64,000 nucleotides of DNA from a virus (IMGVR_UViG_3300002900_000020:750-64749), one strand, 5' to 3'; shown: positions 18,301 through 26,852, counted from the stretch's first letter. A program made the numbers and translations. The notes: generated by a model not told the origin, from the sequence alone.

Positions 18301-19917
18301 CTGTCCTGCACCCAACACCCTCATGGCGAAGTTTACGGAAGCTACCACGGCGGCCAGTTCAACCATTACAATAATTATGTCTTTAATCGGGTCGGGCATC
18401 TTTTGGAAGGTATCAATTGCCCACTTGGCCCCATCTACCAACCCTTTGAGGACATCTAACAGACCAGCTTCTCCAGCTACTACATAAAGCTCCTGAACGG
18501 CAGTTTTAAGCGCTTGCCACTTTTTCTCCAAGGTGGCCATGGTCCGCTCGTTCTCTTTCATTGAATAGCCCAAAGCCGTCTCCTGAGTGGCCACGGCTTT
18601 GGCTACGACATTCCACCGCTCTAACAGGGCGATGAAGTAGTTCCTGCGGTACAAGTTACCGCCGGCGGCTGCCAGTTCATTCTTTTCGGCATCAGTAAGG
18701 ATACTCAGTTCATCCGCAAAAAGACCGGCTGCCTCAGCAGATTCAACAAAACTGGACTGAACATCCTCCCCAATGGCGTTCCACTTAGCTGCCAGGTCTG
18801 CAAAGATCTCAGTGGCGTTCCGATAAGTTGTCTTGGCAGCATCAGCGAATACATTAATCCCGGCCTTTTCGAAGGCCTCAATGGATTTAGGCCGCTGCAT
18901 AAAGGACAAGATAGAGTTAAGGGCGTTACCTACCTCTTTCCCTGTACGGCCGGAGGCCTCCCGCATTGCAGTAAGAATCCCTATGGTTTCCTCCAGGGTC
19001 AAGTTCATTACCTTGGCTGCTCCGGAGGAACGAACCAAACCGTCGATAATCTCCTGGGAAGAGATAGCGTAATCATCGGCTACCTTGTTGATTTTATCCA
19101 GTGTGGGAAGGAGGTCCTTAGCTGTCATGTTCCACTGGGACATTATAGCTACCATTCCTTGGGTGGCCTGCTCAGAATTCAGTTCGGCGGTATTTAGGGC
19201 CAGTAAGGCGGTACGAGTAAGCTCAATGGTATCAGCCATGTTGTAACCGGCCTGGGCCCAGCGAAGGGCAATATCCTGGACTACTTCCCAGGGCTGACCG
19301 AAGTCCTTGCCAAGGGCAAATAATTCCGTCCGCATGGTCGCCATGTCAGCGGTGGCATCTTCCATCACCCGCATGATACTAACCATGCCCATTTCAACAT
19401 CACTTATAGTAGCAGTCATGTCATAGCCTATAAAGCCAGCACCAGCGAAGCCAGCTCCAATACCCATCATTTCGCCCTTGTCGGTCATCCTGTCAAGGAA
19501 GGTTTTGCGGTGGTGGGCCATCCGGGCGCTCATGCGCCTATCTTCGGCTTCCATCTTGCGGTTATGGATTTCCTGTGCTCTTTCTTCTTCACGGAAAAAC
19601 TTGTAGAGAAGGGCAGTCTGAGCAACATTAAAGGTCTGCTCCATCTGTAACCGCTTGGCATGGGATTCCTTCTCAGCCAGTTCCATTTTCTGCAGATGAG
19701 CTTGAAACGACCGGGTCTGCCTGTTGCTCATGGCGTTGACCTGGTTAAACATGCGGTTGATACGGTCGCCGACTGTCTCTACGGTCGGAAGGAACCCCTT
19801 TAGGGATTTGTCCATTTTGTCAATTGCTTCACCAAAGGTAATGGCTTTTTTCTCTATCTTGTCAATTTTTATATCTAAATCCGCAGCGATTTTATTGACG
19901 GTATCTTTCTTGGCCAT
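15358..19917 (-). CDS. Tape measure protein with M23 peptidase domain and stalk-like C-terminal domain
   Basis: TP901-type core (AQAGY...LALNTAEL); M23 motif HKGLD...EHLDF; long coiled coils. Confidence 0.93.
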   Translation of the reverse strand: MAKKDTVNKIAADLDIKIDKIEKKAITFGEAIDKMDKSLKGFLPTVETVGDRINRMFNQVNAMSNRQTRSFQAHLQKMELAEKESHAKRLQMEQTFNVAQTALLYKFFREEERAQEIHNRKMEAEDRRMSARMAHHRKTFLDRMTDKGEMMGIGAGFAGAGFIGYDMTATISDVEMGMVSIMRVMEDATADMATMRTELFALGKDFGQPWEVVQDIALRWAQAGYNMADTIELTRTALLALNTAELNSEQATQGMVAIMSQWNMTAKDLLPTLDKINKVADDYAISSQEIIDGLVRSSGAAKVMNLTLEETIGILTAMREASGRTGKEVGNALNSILSFMQRPKSIEAFEKAGINVFADAAKTTYRNATEIFADLAAKWNAIGEDVQSSFVESAEAAGLFADELSILTDAEKNELAAAGGNLYRRNYFIALLERWNVVAKAVATQETALGYSMKENERTMATLEKKWQALKTAVQELYVVAGEAGLLDVLKGLVDGAKWAIDTFQKMPDPIKDIIIVMVELAAVVASVNFAMRVLGAGQIASGMISLAANVGKVEKATIGLTGAIRVLATSSVGVFAGVAAGVLGVVVAIDQLEEAQEREVKQQREQQKNLAELAERYKALKPQVEKSAQAEAEMKSIIEQILKIKPELLASYDSETKKAKILEDQLYKTADAYKKSVEAQNISKSLEFSAKESALLQERERLKNDRSVQAQRRLMEIDQELKRLREQWFAFKGYTEEDIKRIEENVKKQAGINTGGTKGTGAKASPRSSNAYNPWEDARITSRFGENRGSYTHKGLDIAMKQGTELEAVGDGVITAKGKDSKGNAFVTIKLTSGEEVTYVHLSKLPDAKVGTAVKAGDIIGLSGGKPGTWGAGNSKGEHLDFRVKINGKYVDPEKWLAGLKGEKPKGSIFDHTGYENEDDYDKRAKAFIDRYKTKAKGYESSLESYQATVKATQAELEQLKVREQLYEKTQQYDLLQKNLAQQVAVYTRQQNELHALNNKNREVLGKVNWEISELNRLYKAGYINTDTYNQSLQELTEVKNKLTVDIQRNSAAWWENQSAIVDAGRAYAKVTQERVAKLRELIRKEGELGRISLEQQIEYLSRLKKVYQLTTDEILEIDQDIVKLRGKLLDQSFKEVEKKYKDMMDKIDQEAKDKIKGLEDEIAKLDEEEKFDERADAEEEYNKRLAELQEERRYHELRTGKEHQDAIKEIDKKIAEEKRRWQEQQEDWAREDKKENLEKQIDDVKEAAEEERRKLEEHYEKVKEVAETGILDTIAAISATKPEWFETGKSLIDELIRGLESGDFTKVQEIIDSAKQENQNQAAPSQNTIEDEIDAVTQTPITTIYQGQYEMMNDRAIMKSRELASILGESVDWDNKTQEVIIGGRRFKPAKEIKGTSWVYVRDVVEALGYGLKWYADTWSFDILPKAHTGALATSEGIALLRKDERVLSPIMTTKFDELTSMLAKIPSLKGLGGTTVQLNGPLFNSEKTVLEGDLDVDTTGRQLWKSARSIGRVRGR

Positions 19918-19941
19918 GGGGTTCCCTCCTTCGAAGGCAAT

Positions 19942-19973
19942 AAAAAAGGAACCTGCCTAATTTAGCAAGCTCC
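19942..19973 (-). terminator. Rho-independent terminator upstream of the TMP
   Basis: Minus strand GGAGCTTGCT-loop-AGGCAGGTTCC then TTTTTT. Confidence 0.6.
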
Positions 19974-19996
19974 TATGTTTCTATGTGATATATCCT

Positions 19997-20281
19997 TTAA
20001 GCCGGGTTTTGAACTAACCTGTAAAACCTTTGCCATAACTTTTCTGCCTTCTTTGCCCAGTTCTTTTTGTGTTTCAGAAAAGGCGGTACACTGGTTCTGC
20101 TTTGCAACCCGGGGCAGCACAGAGCTGCGGTCGCCAGTGCTTTTAGTTCTTCCTCTTTGGCATTGCTCTTTTTCATTATATCTGCTGCGGATTGCTTAAT
20201 TAACGGTGATTCTATAATCCTATCAGGCAATACGGTTTCATCCGCCTGAAGCAGTTTACGCACTTGGTCACAAAAAGTCAT
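19997..20281 (-). CDS. Short paralogue of the head-tail adaptor at 26081-26548
   Basis: Shares D(Q/A)VR(K/E)LL, VLP, CCPGL and WxKK with the adaptor; AAGGAGG RBS. Confidence 0.7.
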   Translation of the reverse strand: MTFCDQVRKLLQADETVLPDRIIESPLIKQSAADIMKKSNAKEEELKALATAALCCPGLQSRTSVPPFLKHKKNWAKKAEKLWQRFYRLVQNPA

Positions 20282-20298
20282 TAATCAAACCTCCTTAC

Positions 20299-20952
20299 TT
20301 ACGCAGACCTATGTAATGTCTGAATCAGCGTAGACCCGCTAACCAAAACCACATCATCACAGAGAGCGGCAAACTCCCGGGCCTGCCTTGTGAAATCGCT
20401 TGAAGTAATCAATATCGCCCGGTCTGCCTTATGGGCCATCATGGTTCCGTATAAATCCCGCACTTCTCTGGCCCCTACCGGGTTAGACCAGTTCTTGCAC
20501 TGAACTATGGCGTATTCTGAACCATCAGCCTTCCAAGCATGGAAGTCAATACCTCTGTCACCTGTCCGGGGCGTCGGCTCGATGGCATAGCCGAGGTGCA
20601 TTAGGTACTTACCGATGAACTCCTCAAATTCTTCACCGGTTAAAGCCCGTATCTTGGCCAGTTTTGAATAAACCTTGTGAGGTGGATCTTTAGGAATGAA
20701 CTTATATTTCCGAAGTGAACGGACAAATAGAATGCAAATAATTAACATCACGACGGCTTCAATGTATTGTTTGCGAACCAAAAAGTTTAAAAAAGCAAAC
20801 CATGTCCCCAGGGAGAACAAGACCCTTGTTAACATAAGCACCATCCTTAAGCGGGGTGTTACTATCATAAGTATACCCCAAAGAGGAAGTATATGCCAGT
20901 CCACCACAAATAAATTCGCACATAGGTTCGTCTCATCCCATTGCCTACTCAC
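20299..20952 (-). CDS. Membrane-anchored Mrr-family (PD-(D/E)xK) restriction endonuclease; real start may be 20835
   Basis: Two N-terminal TM helices; LTGEEFEEF, TGDRGID, VQCK, VGAREVRDL, ILITSSDFT motifs. Confidence 0.85.
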   Translation of the reverse strand: MSRQWDETNLCANLFVVDWHILPLWGILMIVTPRLRMVLMLTRVLFSLGTWFAFLNFLVRKQYIEAVVMLIICILFVRSLRKYKFIPKDPPHKVYSKLAKIRALTGEEFEEFIGKYLMHLGYAIEPTPRTGDRGIDFHAWKADGSEYAIVQCKNWSNPVGAREVRDLYGTMMAHKADRAILITSSDFTRQAREFAALCDDVVLVSGSTLIQTLHRSA

Positions 20953-21316
20953 CTAAAAGTTTTTCCAAAGCCTCCATCTGCTCCCATGAAAGAATACCTG
21001 CTTCTTCATCTTCCGGGCTTGCGTATTCGCCTAAATCTTCCTCCTGATCCTCCTTGAGGGCCCCGTGGATGGCGGCAAGGAACTTCCGGTTGTCAGCTAT
21101 ATCTGTAGCAATTTCCTCTATCAGGCCCTGGATCTGTGGCAAAGTGGAGTTGGCAATCTGCTCCGTTGACATGTTGCAGTAGCGTTTAAGAAGATAAACG
21201 GTTTTTCGCCAGGAGAGGGGTTCGCCTTTGTTGTTTTCGGTTCGAACATCTTTCTTTCGCTTAATCCCGCTTGAATCTAAGAAAGTAGTCGAGAGCGTCC
21301 TCGACCTCCTGGACAT
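20945..21316 (-). CDS. Tail assembly chaperone C-terminal extension (gpGT-like), probably made by frameshift
   Basis: Overlaps the chaperone 3' end in the +1 frame; no RBS at its ATG; TLPQIQGLI motif. Confidence 0.65.
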   Translation of the reverse strand: MSRRSRTLSTTFLDSSGIKRKKDVRTENNKGEPLSWRKTVYLLKRYCNMSTEQIANSTLPQIQGLIEEIATDIADNRKFLAAIHGALKEDQEEDLGEYASPEDEEAGILSWEQMEALEKLLGE

Positions 21317-21560
21317 CTGAATTTACTATATCTTCATCGGTTATCTGGTTACCAAAAGCCTTTTTGACTAGGTTAAACAGTTTTTCCCGGGTTTCTTTCT
21401 TCATCAGGGCCACGCCGGTTGCATAGGGGATTTGTACATATTCCTGGATGCACTCCTCCAGTTCCCCTATTTTGCAAAGTTTCACCGGCAGGAGCTTTCC
21501 GTTTATGTTAAACTTTTTGCCCTTTCCCAGGGCCGCATTGAGTTCGTTGAAGTCGGTCAT
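21261..21560 (-). CDS. Tail assembly chaperone (gpG-like)
   Basis: 99 aa between the major tail protein and the TMP; AGGAGG RBS. Confidence 0.75.
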   Translation of the reverse strand: MTDFNELNAALGKGKKFNINGKLLPVKLCKIGELEECIQEYVQIPYATGVALMKKETREKLFNLVKKAFGNQITDEDIVNSDVQEVEDALDYFLRFKRD

Positions 21561-21763
21561 AATATGATACCTCCTATAAAGATAACTGGCAAGGGCAGGC
21601 TAGTAAGACTTCCCATCGCAAGGTAATTTAAGATAACTCTTTATTAAATCACCCGTTACACCCATTGCTACTTGCACCACTTCTGCCATTTTTCATTTCC
21701 CCTTTCCTTAACCTTTGCCCTTGCCAAAACCTTATCCATTTACCTCCCAATCCCCCGAAGGGG

Positions 21764-21798
21764 TAAGCCCCTGGTTAGGAGGTGTCACCAGGGGCTTA
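21764..21798 (-). terminator. Hairpin after the major tail protein gene
   Basis: 12-bp arms TAAGCCCCTGGT / ACCAGGGGCTTA; weak U-tract. Confidence 0.5.
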
Positions 21799-21840
21799 AG
21801 TTGTAACGGCAGCGAAATGCCGGAAATAGTATCAGTAAAC

Positions 21841-22629
21841 TTAAGCAACAGTATACCGTCTCAAAGTACCCAACTTCTTGTCAGGCCGCTCAGGGTCAAG
21901 AACCCGGAGACTTACAGTCTGGGAGCCGGCCCCACGCTTGGCATCATAGGTAATGTCACCATTGGACAAGCAGGAGAACAGCTCGATCTGGAAGCCGGCC
22001 AGTTCACCGGACCTCTGCCTCCATTGGCCATCATGCACTACGGCAATGGGGAAGGGTTGATCATCACGCAGAATGTCGTAAACTTCCACCTGGGCTTGGG
22101 TGTATTTATAGCTGACCACCAAGTCCTTGCCGATATCGCCGACATGGAAGTCAATCTGGCCGTTGGCGTTAACCTTGTACTCTCCAGCTTGAGCCGGAGT
22201 GCCGGAAACCTTGGTCAACTTAAACCCTGTGTCAGCATACTTGACATGGGCCACGGTAGTGACCTTGTTTGTCTTGCTAAGGGTAGCGGTACCGGCAGTA
22301 GGCGTTGCGCCAACCCCTTCCACTTTGATGAACTCACCCAGTTTCCACAGTTCCACCTCGTTGGTGTCGGCCTGGGTTACAGAACCACCCAACATTACCC
22401 GGTATGCATCCAGGTTGTACTTCACATCTTCCGCAGTAACGGTAATCTCTTTGTTCTTTACAAGGGAGTCGATGGCGTAGTAGGAATTACCGTCCAGAAT
22501 GTCTTCGATGTCAACCTTGGCAGACATTTTGAAGGTGGACAGGTTGGCAAGCTCCAGAACTTCGGAAGTGTCTGCGGGGTTGTAGGCCCAGAAGGTCCCT
22601 GCGCCTTTGGAAATAAGCTTCTTGGTCAC
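21841..22629 (-). CDS. Major tail tube protein with inserted Ig-like segment
   Basis: 262 aa, beta-rich; position after the neck genes and before the chaperones. Confidence 0.75.
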   Translation of the reverse strand: MTKKLISKGAGTFWAYNPADTSEVLELANLSTFKMSAKVDIEDILDGNSYYAIDSLVKNKEITVTAEDVKYNLDAYRVMLGGSVTQADTNEVELWKLGEFIKVEGVGATPTAGTATLSKTNKVTTVAHVKYADTGFKLTKVSGTPAQAGEYKVNANGQIDFHVGDIGKDLVVSYKYTQAQVEVYDILRDDQPFPIAVVHDGQWRQRSGELAGFQIELFSCLSNGDITYDAKRGAGSQTVSLRVLDPERPDKKLGTLRRYTVA

Positions 22630-22635
22630 TTTAAA

Positions 22636-23370
22636 TCAGTCTCCTTTCTGTTTAAATTCTTTTAGTTGGTCCCGGGTCATGATGTGCTGACAGAAAATAG
22701 AGCTATCGCACCAAAGGCTAAAACCCCTTTCTTTGGCTTCCTGGCAGAAGTAGATGTCTTCACCTTGGGGATGATAGCCATACCGCACCTTTCTAATGAC
22801 TTTCCGGGACAATAAATAAACCGCCCCAGTCACATCTACTTCGAATAGACTGTTAAGCGGATAGTCACGGTAGCTTTGCAGGCCTTCCCGACGAATCATA
22901 ATATTGGGGAACCGGTTGGGATAGTTTTCGTGGGCGTTGAAGTGGTAGTCATTGTAGATCAGGGCCGCTACTATGTCTTTCCGATGTGCCAGGAGCCGAG
23001 TTAGAATGTCGGGCGGCACGATGATATCGGAGTCTACAGAGAAGAGATAGTCAATTTCAAGGTTTGCTGCTATGGAAAGGAGGAGGTTCCTGACTTCCGC
23101 CAGGGGGCCGTAGATTCTGTCCCTTTCCTGACGGTCTTCCCTATCCTCCGGGGCACATTGATTACGCTCAATAATTGTGGTTGAGTGATTCTTGGCAAAT
23201 TCAAATAGCAGTTCCCGGCTGTTATCAGTGGAATCGTTTAGGATGAAGCAGAAGGTTAGTAGTTCCTTAGGGTAGTCCAACCTTTCCAGAGCCGCCAGGT
23301 AATACGGCAGCACCCAAGCCCGGTTGCGGACCGGCGCACCGATGAGGATCCGTGGCAATGAGTTAGGCAT
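22636..23370 (-). CDS. GT-A fold (GT2-like) glycosyltransferase
   Basis: ILIGAPVRN, LNDSTDNS, DxD motif FSVDSD, GEDIYFC; ATG overlaps the upstream TAA (TAATG). Confidence 0.9.
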   Translation of the reverse strand: MPNSLPRILIGAPVRNRAWVLPYYLAALERLDYPKELLTFCFILNDSTDNSRELLFEFAKNHSTTIIERNQCAPEDREDRQERDRIYGPLAEVRNLLLSIAANLEIDYLFSVDSDIIVPPDILTRLLAHRKDIVAALIYNDYHFNAHENYPNRFPNIMIRREGLQSYRDYPLNSLFEVDVTGAVYLLSRKVIRKVRYGYHPQGEDIYFCQEAKERGFSLWCDSSIFCQHIMTRDQLKEFKQKGD

Positions 23371-24377
23371 TATAGCCCCTTCCTCTCTAACGCTTCCTCT
23401 ATGGCCGCCATAGCCACCTTGGCCCTTGCATCCCAGGAGTTTTGCCTGGCCAGTTCGATTCGCCTTGCGACTACTTCCGCTGAATTGTTCCATGGTTGGA
23501 TTTGCACAGCAACATTAGCCAAAAACTCATCGTAGTGGCGAGAAACATAAACTTCTTTAAGTTGCTGGGCCTCTGGCAAAGCAGTAGTCACTACCGGCTT
23601 ACCTGCCGCCAGATATTCCCACATTTTAATAGGGTTACAGGATTCAATCATGGATGTCACCTTGAAGGGGATAATCGCCACATCGAAATGCTGTAGATAC
23701 CTCGGCAACTCTTCGTAATCCTTGTACCCCAGGTAATGGACACCTGACGGAATCTGCTCCTTTCCAATCCCATATAAGCACCCAATCATCACCACTGACC
23801 AACCAACACGCTCAGCTAACCTAGTCAGTCTCTCCACCATTTCCCAATCCACCCATGTAGCCAAGGCCCCGTAAAAACCAACTATCGGCCCTGGAGGCAA
23901 GTCGGCTGGTCTGGGTAGTTGCTCCGTCCGGTGAAAATGGTCGAAATCCACCCCGTTCGGCACTAGGTGAACATTATTATTCAACCGCTTCGCCATGTCA
24001 TAAAGCTTCTGCGAACTGGCCAACACCACATCAGCTCTTCGTACCGCCTCTTCATACCTCGGTGCCCAATGGGCAAACTCTTCGGTTGGCTCATCAATGC
24101 TATCAAACACTACCAGTTGCTCATCGAACCGGCCCAGGCAGCTTACATGTTCCGGGTAGGAGTAATAGAAAATCGGCTTATTCGCCACAGGCCCGGCCCG
24201 GTTATACAGGAATAGGTTCGGCTCTATTTCCTGGATGCCAGTCGGCTGCGCAACATAATGGTCATGGTTCATAAAATGAGCTTTCCACCCTGCCCGGGCG
24301 AAGACTTTCATCATCTGCTGGGGCCGCTGGTGCATATAGTAATAGTCCACTGTAGGAGGATAGATTATTTCTCTCAT
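23370..24377 (-). CDS. GT-B fold (GT4/TuaH-like) glycosyltransferase
   Basis: QRPQQM, VPNGVDFDHF, VGFYGAL, NPIKMWEYLAAGKPVV motifs. Confidence 0.92.
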   Translation of the reverse strand: MREIIYPPTVDYYYMHQRPQQMMKVFARAGWKAHFMNHDHYVAQPTGIQEIEPNLFLYNRAGPVANKPIFYYSYPEHVSCLGRFDEQLVVFDSIDEPTEEFAHWAPRYEEAVRRADVVLASSQKLYDMAKRLNNNVHLVPNGVDFDHFHRTEQLPRPADLPPGPIVGFYGALATWVDWEMVERLTRLAERVGWSVVMIGCLYGIGKEQIPSGVHYLGYKDYEELPRYLQHFDVAIIPFKVTSMIESCNPIKMWEYLAAGKPVVTTALPEAQQLKEVYVSRHYDEFLANVAVQIQPWNNSAEVVARRIELARQNSWDARAKVAMAAIEEALERKGL

Positions 24378-24835
24378 AGAATCGCCTCACTCATCTGATA
24401 CCGCTGGCTGAACAGCTTTATATTCGCCACCCCTGACCGCCCCCCGAATTCACCCAGCCACTGAATCTCAAAGGCAGCGGTATCGGCTACATTTAGGATC
24501 TTGCCATTAAATAACTTAAACACCTGCTTCCCTATGGTCATAGCCTCAAAAAGGGAACCGGCGTAGATATCTACCTGATAAGTAGCGTCATAAACCGCAT
24601 AATTATCTTTGTTCGGCAGCCCTGGTGTTGGGTAGATACAAACTAAGGGGATTGAGGTAGTAACCAGGCCATTAGGTTCCTGCTCTTTCTGCACCTTCTG
24701 ACTCTTAGTCTGCGGAGGCACTGCGGCAGGATCCGGCGGAGTTGACTGTCGTAATACCAACCTCAGAAACTCTGCATCATCCGTCAGCACCTTCCCCAAG
24801 GCGTTGCAGGCATCCACAGCCGACATAAACCTCAC
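24374..24835 (-). CDS. Putative tail terminator/completion protein
   Basis: Position; YQVDIY strand pattern typical of gp17-like proteins. Confidence 0.6.
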   Translation of the reverse strand: MRFMSAVDACNALGKVLTDDAEFLRLVLRQSTPPDPAAVPPQTKSQKVQKEQEPNGLVTTSIPLVCIYPTPGLPNKDNYAVYDATYQVDIYAGSLFEAMTIGKQVFKLFNGKILNVADTAAFEIQWLGEFGGRSGVANIKLFSQRYQMSEAIL

Positions 24836-25407
24836 CTCCCATCGTCAATGCGCCGGTGATACGGGAACCTTTCGATTACCCCCGTCAACCGGTCAATTAC
24901 CCGCTTCCGGTTCAGTTCAACCAATTTCTCTAACCAGTGCAGGGGTTCATGGGGTTCAATGGTAACCTTCTCCTTGGTCTTACGGTCAATGAAGGTCATG
25001 CCCTCGATGTCCACCCCGGCTAATCCGCCGCCAGAGCGATGAGTTTTGCCATCCAGATCCTTGTATGTACCATAAGGTCGGCCCATGATGGGAGCACCGG
25101 GAACTTTCGGCCTGGCCGGGTTATAGTACTCGCTGTCGAAGTAGTCATCCCAGGCGGGGTTATCAGGGTCGGCCTTGCTACCGGAACCGTGTTCAGTGAT
25201 CAGAGCACCCATCCCCCCGGCTTCCACTCGGCCAATGATGCGGTTGGCCTCTTCGGTGACCCAGGCAGTTATCTGGGATTGGTCTACTTCTTCCGGAGCA
25301 AACTGTTTTGCCTCGGTTTCCAGAAGGATGGTTAGTTCCAGGATTTCCTCGGCTATGGCGTTTTTTAGGTCACGGGTGAAGCCATGGGTGTCGAAGGAGA
25401 GAGACAT
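24832..25407 (-). CDS. Putative tail completion / neck protein (HK97 gp10-like)
   Basis: ITEHGSG motif and position. Confidence 0.55.
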   Translation of the reverse strand: MSLSFDTHGFTRDLKNAIAEEILELTILLETEAKQFAPEEVDQSQITAWVTEEANRIIGRVEAGGMGALITEHGSGSKADPDNPAWDDYFDSEYYNPARPKVPGAPIMGRPYGTYKDLDGKTHRSGGGLAGVDIEGMTFIDRKTKEKVTIEPHEPLHWLEKLVELNRKRVIDRLTGVIERFPYHRRIDDGR

Positions 25408-25486
25408 AGTCTTACCCCCTTTGCTTGACAGAAACCTGTTGAAAGTGAATTGCCCTAAACAGGCTAATTTGTCAAGTAATGAAAAT

Positions 25487-26068
25487 CTACTGCCTGCTAT
25501 CCAGACTCAACTGGGCCACATGCAGTCCCGGGCTCTGGAACGAATCAATGGCATCGACCTGGTAGTTCTTACCGAACACCACCCTATCCAATACCGCTAA
25601 GGGATTACTGCTCTGGATATATAACCGTGCCACGGTCGTAGGCAACAAGCCGGGATCTGCCTGCCTCATGGCCTGGGTAATTACCTCGATGAAGGCCTTA
25701 ACATTAGTTGCCTGATCTGGCCAGGTTGAACCGGTGACGTTATTGAATTCATCGTAGGTCAACGTTTCTCTTTGGATGGTGATAGTGGCGTTACATTTAA
25801 GCATCTGGGCCACTTTGGCCACAACTTCACCACCGACCACTTCCGGATAGATGGAACGAACCAAACAGGTTTCGCTGGTAACCTGATTCTCAACCAAGGC
25901 CCCACCTGGCAGAGTAACTTCTGGTAGAAAGGTCCCCTGCCGCTCATTCTCCCAGGAGAAGGAACTGGTCTTACGGTTGCCCTTGCCGATGATGGCCGTT
26001 GCGGCAACGCCATTAACTAAACAGCTAACCCCATATTCCAGGATAAAATCCCTGCGTTCGTCTTTCAT
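25487..26068 (-). CDS. Putative head closure (stopper) protein
   Basis: Position after the adaptor; DRVVFGKNYQVDAID C-terminal pattern. Confidence 0.6.
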   Translation of the reverse strand: MKDERRDFILEYGVSCLVNGVAATAIIGKGNRKTSSFSWENERQGTFLPEVTLPGGALVENQVTSETCLVRSIYPEVVGGEVVAKVAQMLKCNATITIQRETLTYDEFNNVTGSTWPDQATNVKAFIEVITQAMRQADPGLLPTTVARLYIQSSNPLAVLDRVVFGKNYQVDAIDSFQSPGLHVAQLSLDSRQ

Positions 26069-26080
26069 GCCCCCACCGCC

Positions 26081-26548
26081 TTACTGGGCTGAATTAGCCG
26101 CCGACCTGGTTGGCCCGGTTAATCCGGCCAGGGTAGGTGACTGGCTAACCGGGCCAACCGCTTCGACCGTGCTGATCATGCCGATGTATTCCTGGGCCAT
26201 GGCTTCCATGACAACCTTCTTCTTATCCCAGTCCACAGCTTCCTTCGTGTACTTGAAACCGGTTTCGGATTGCTCTGAGGTTTTGAACTTGGCCTTCAAT
26301 CCGGGGCAGCAGTTAGCCGCTATCTGGGCTAAAGTCGCTGACCGAAGATAGGTGGCATCGTCCCCGGCAGCATCAAGAATGGCCTGGTAGTTGGGTACCT
26401 GGCGGATTATCATTAGTTCGGCTAAGGTGATGACATTCTCCCGGTCAATGGCAGTGTTAGGCAGGACTTGGGCAGATACCCCCAGGAGTTCCCGAACGGC
26501 ATCCTGGTAACCGGTCGCCGCTGCGCCTATAAGGATGCGGTTAGCCAT
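26081..26548 (-). CDS. Putative head-tail adaptor protein
   Basis: Helical 155-aa protein shortly downstream of the capsid gene. Confidence 0.6.
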   Translation of the reverse strand: MANRILIGAAATGYQDAVRELLGVSAQVLPNTAIDRENVITLAELMIIRQVPNYQAILDAAGDDATYLRSATLAQIAANCCPGLKAKFKTSEQSETGFKYTKEAVDWDKKKVVMEAMAQEYIGMISTVEAVGPVSQSPTLAGLTGPTRSAANSAQ

Positions 26549-26558
26549 GGCTATTCAC

Positions 26559-26783
26559 CTACTTCTTTTTATTGGTGGCAGGAGTTTCTGCAGGTGGTTC
26601 TACAGGTGGTTCCTCCAATTTTATTTCAGGCTGTACCTCGACCAAGATACCTTCATTGATTTTTGCTCTGATAAAATGCGTTTCCTCAACCACAACCGGG
26701 TCGGGGCCGGTAATTACTAAACCGGTTTCCTGGTCCCAGGCGATTCTGGTCGGATCTTTCAGTTTTACAGTAATTTCACTCAT
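26559..26783 (-). CDS. Small head-module protein
   Basis: 74 aa, Pro/Glu-rich tail; AAGGGTG RBS. Confidence 0.65.
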   Translation of the reverse strand: MSEITVKLKDPTRIAWDQETGLVITGPDPVVVEETHFIRAKINEGILVEVQPEIKLEEPPVEPPAETPATNKKK

Positions 26784-26823
26784 ATTGATTCACCCTTTCT
26801 TCACCCTTTCGTTAATCAAAGGT

Positions 26824-26852
26824 AAGCCGCATAGTTCGCAGCTATACGGCTT
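26824..26852 (-). terminator. Hairpin after the major capsid gene
   Basis: AAGCCG...TAG / CTA...CGGCTT stem. Confidence 0.5.

Noticed and set aside
21715-22665. 316-aa plus-strand ORF
   Set aside because: Antisense shadow of the major tail protein; no RBS or recognisable motifs.
23371-23493. N-terminal extension of the GT2 ORF, and similar extensions at 30132, 39878, 41150 and 63028
   Set aside because: They overlap upstream genes or promoters, and better RBS-supported starts exist downstream.
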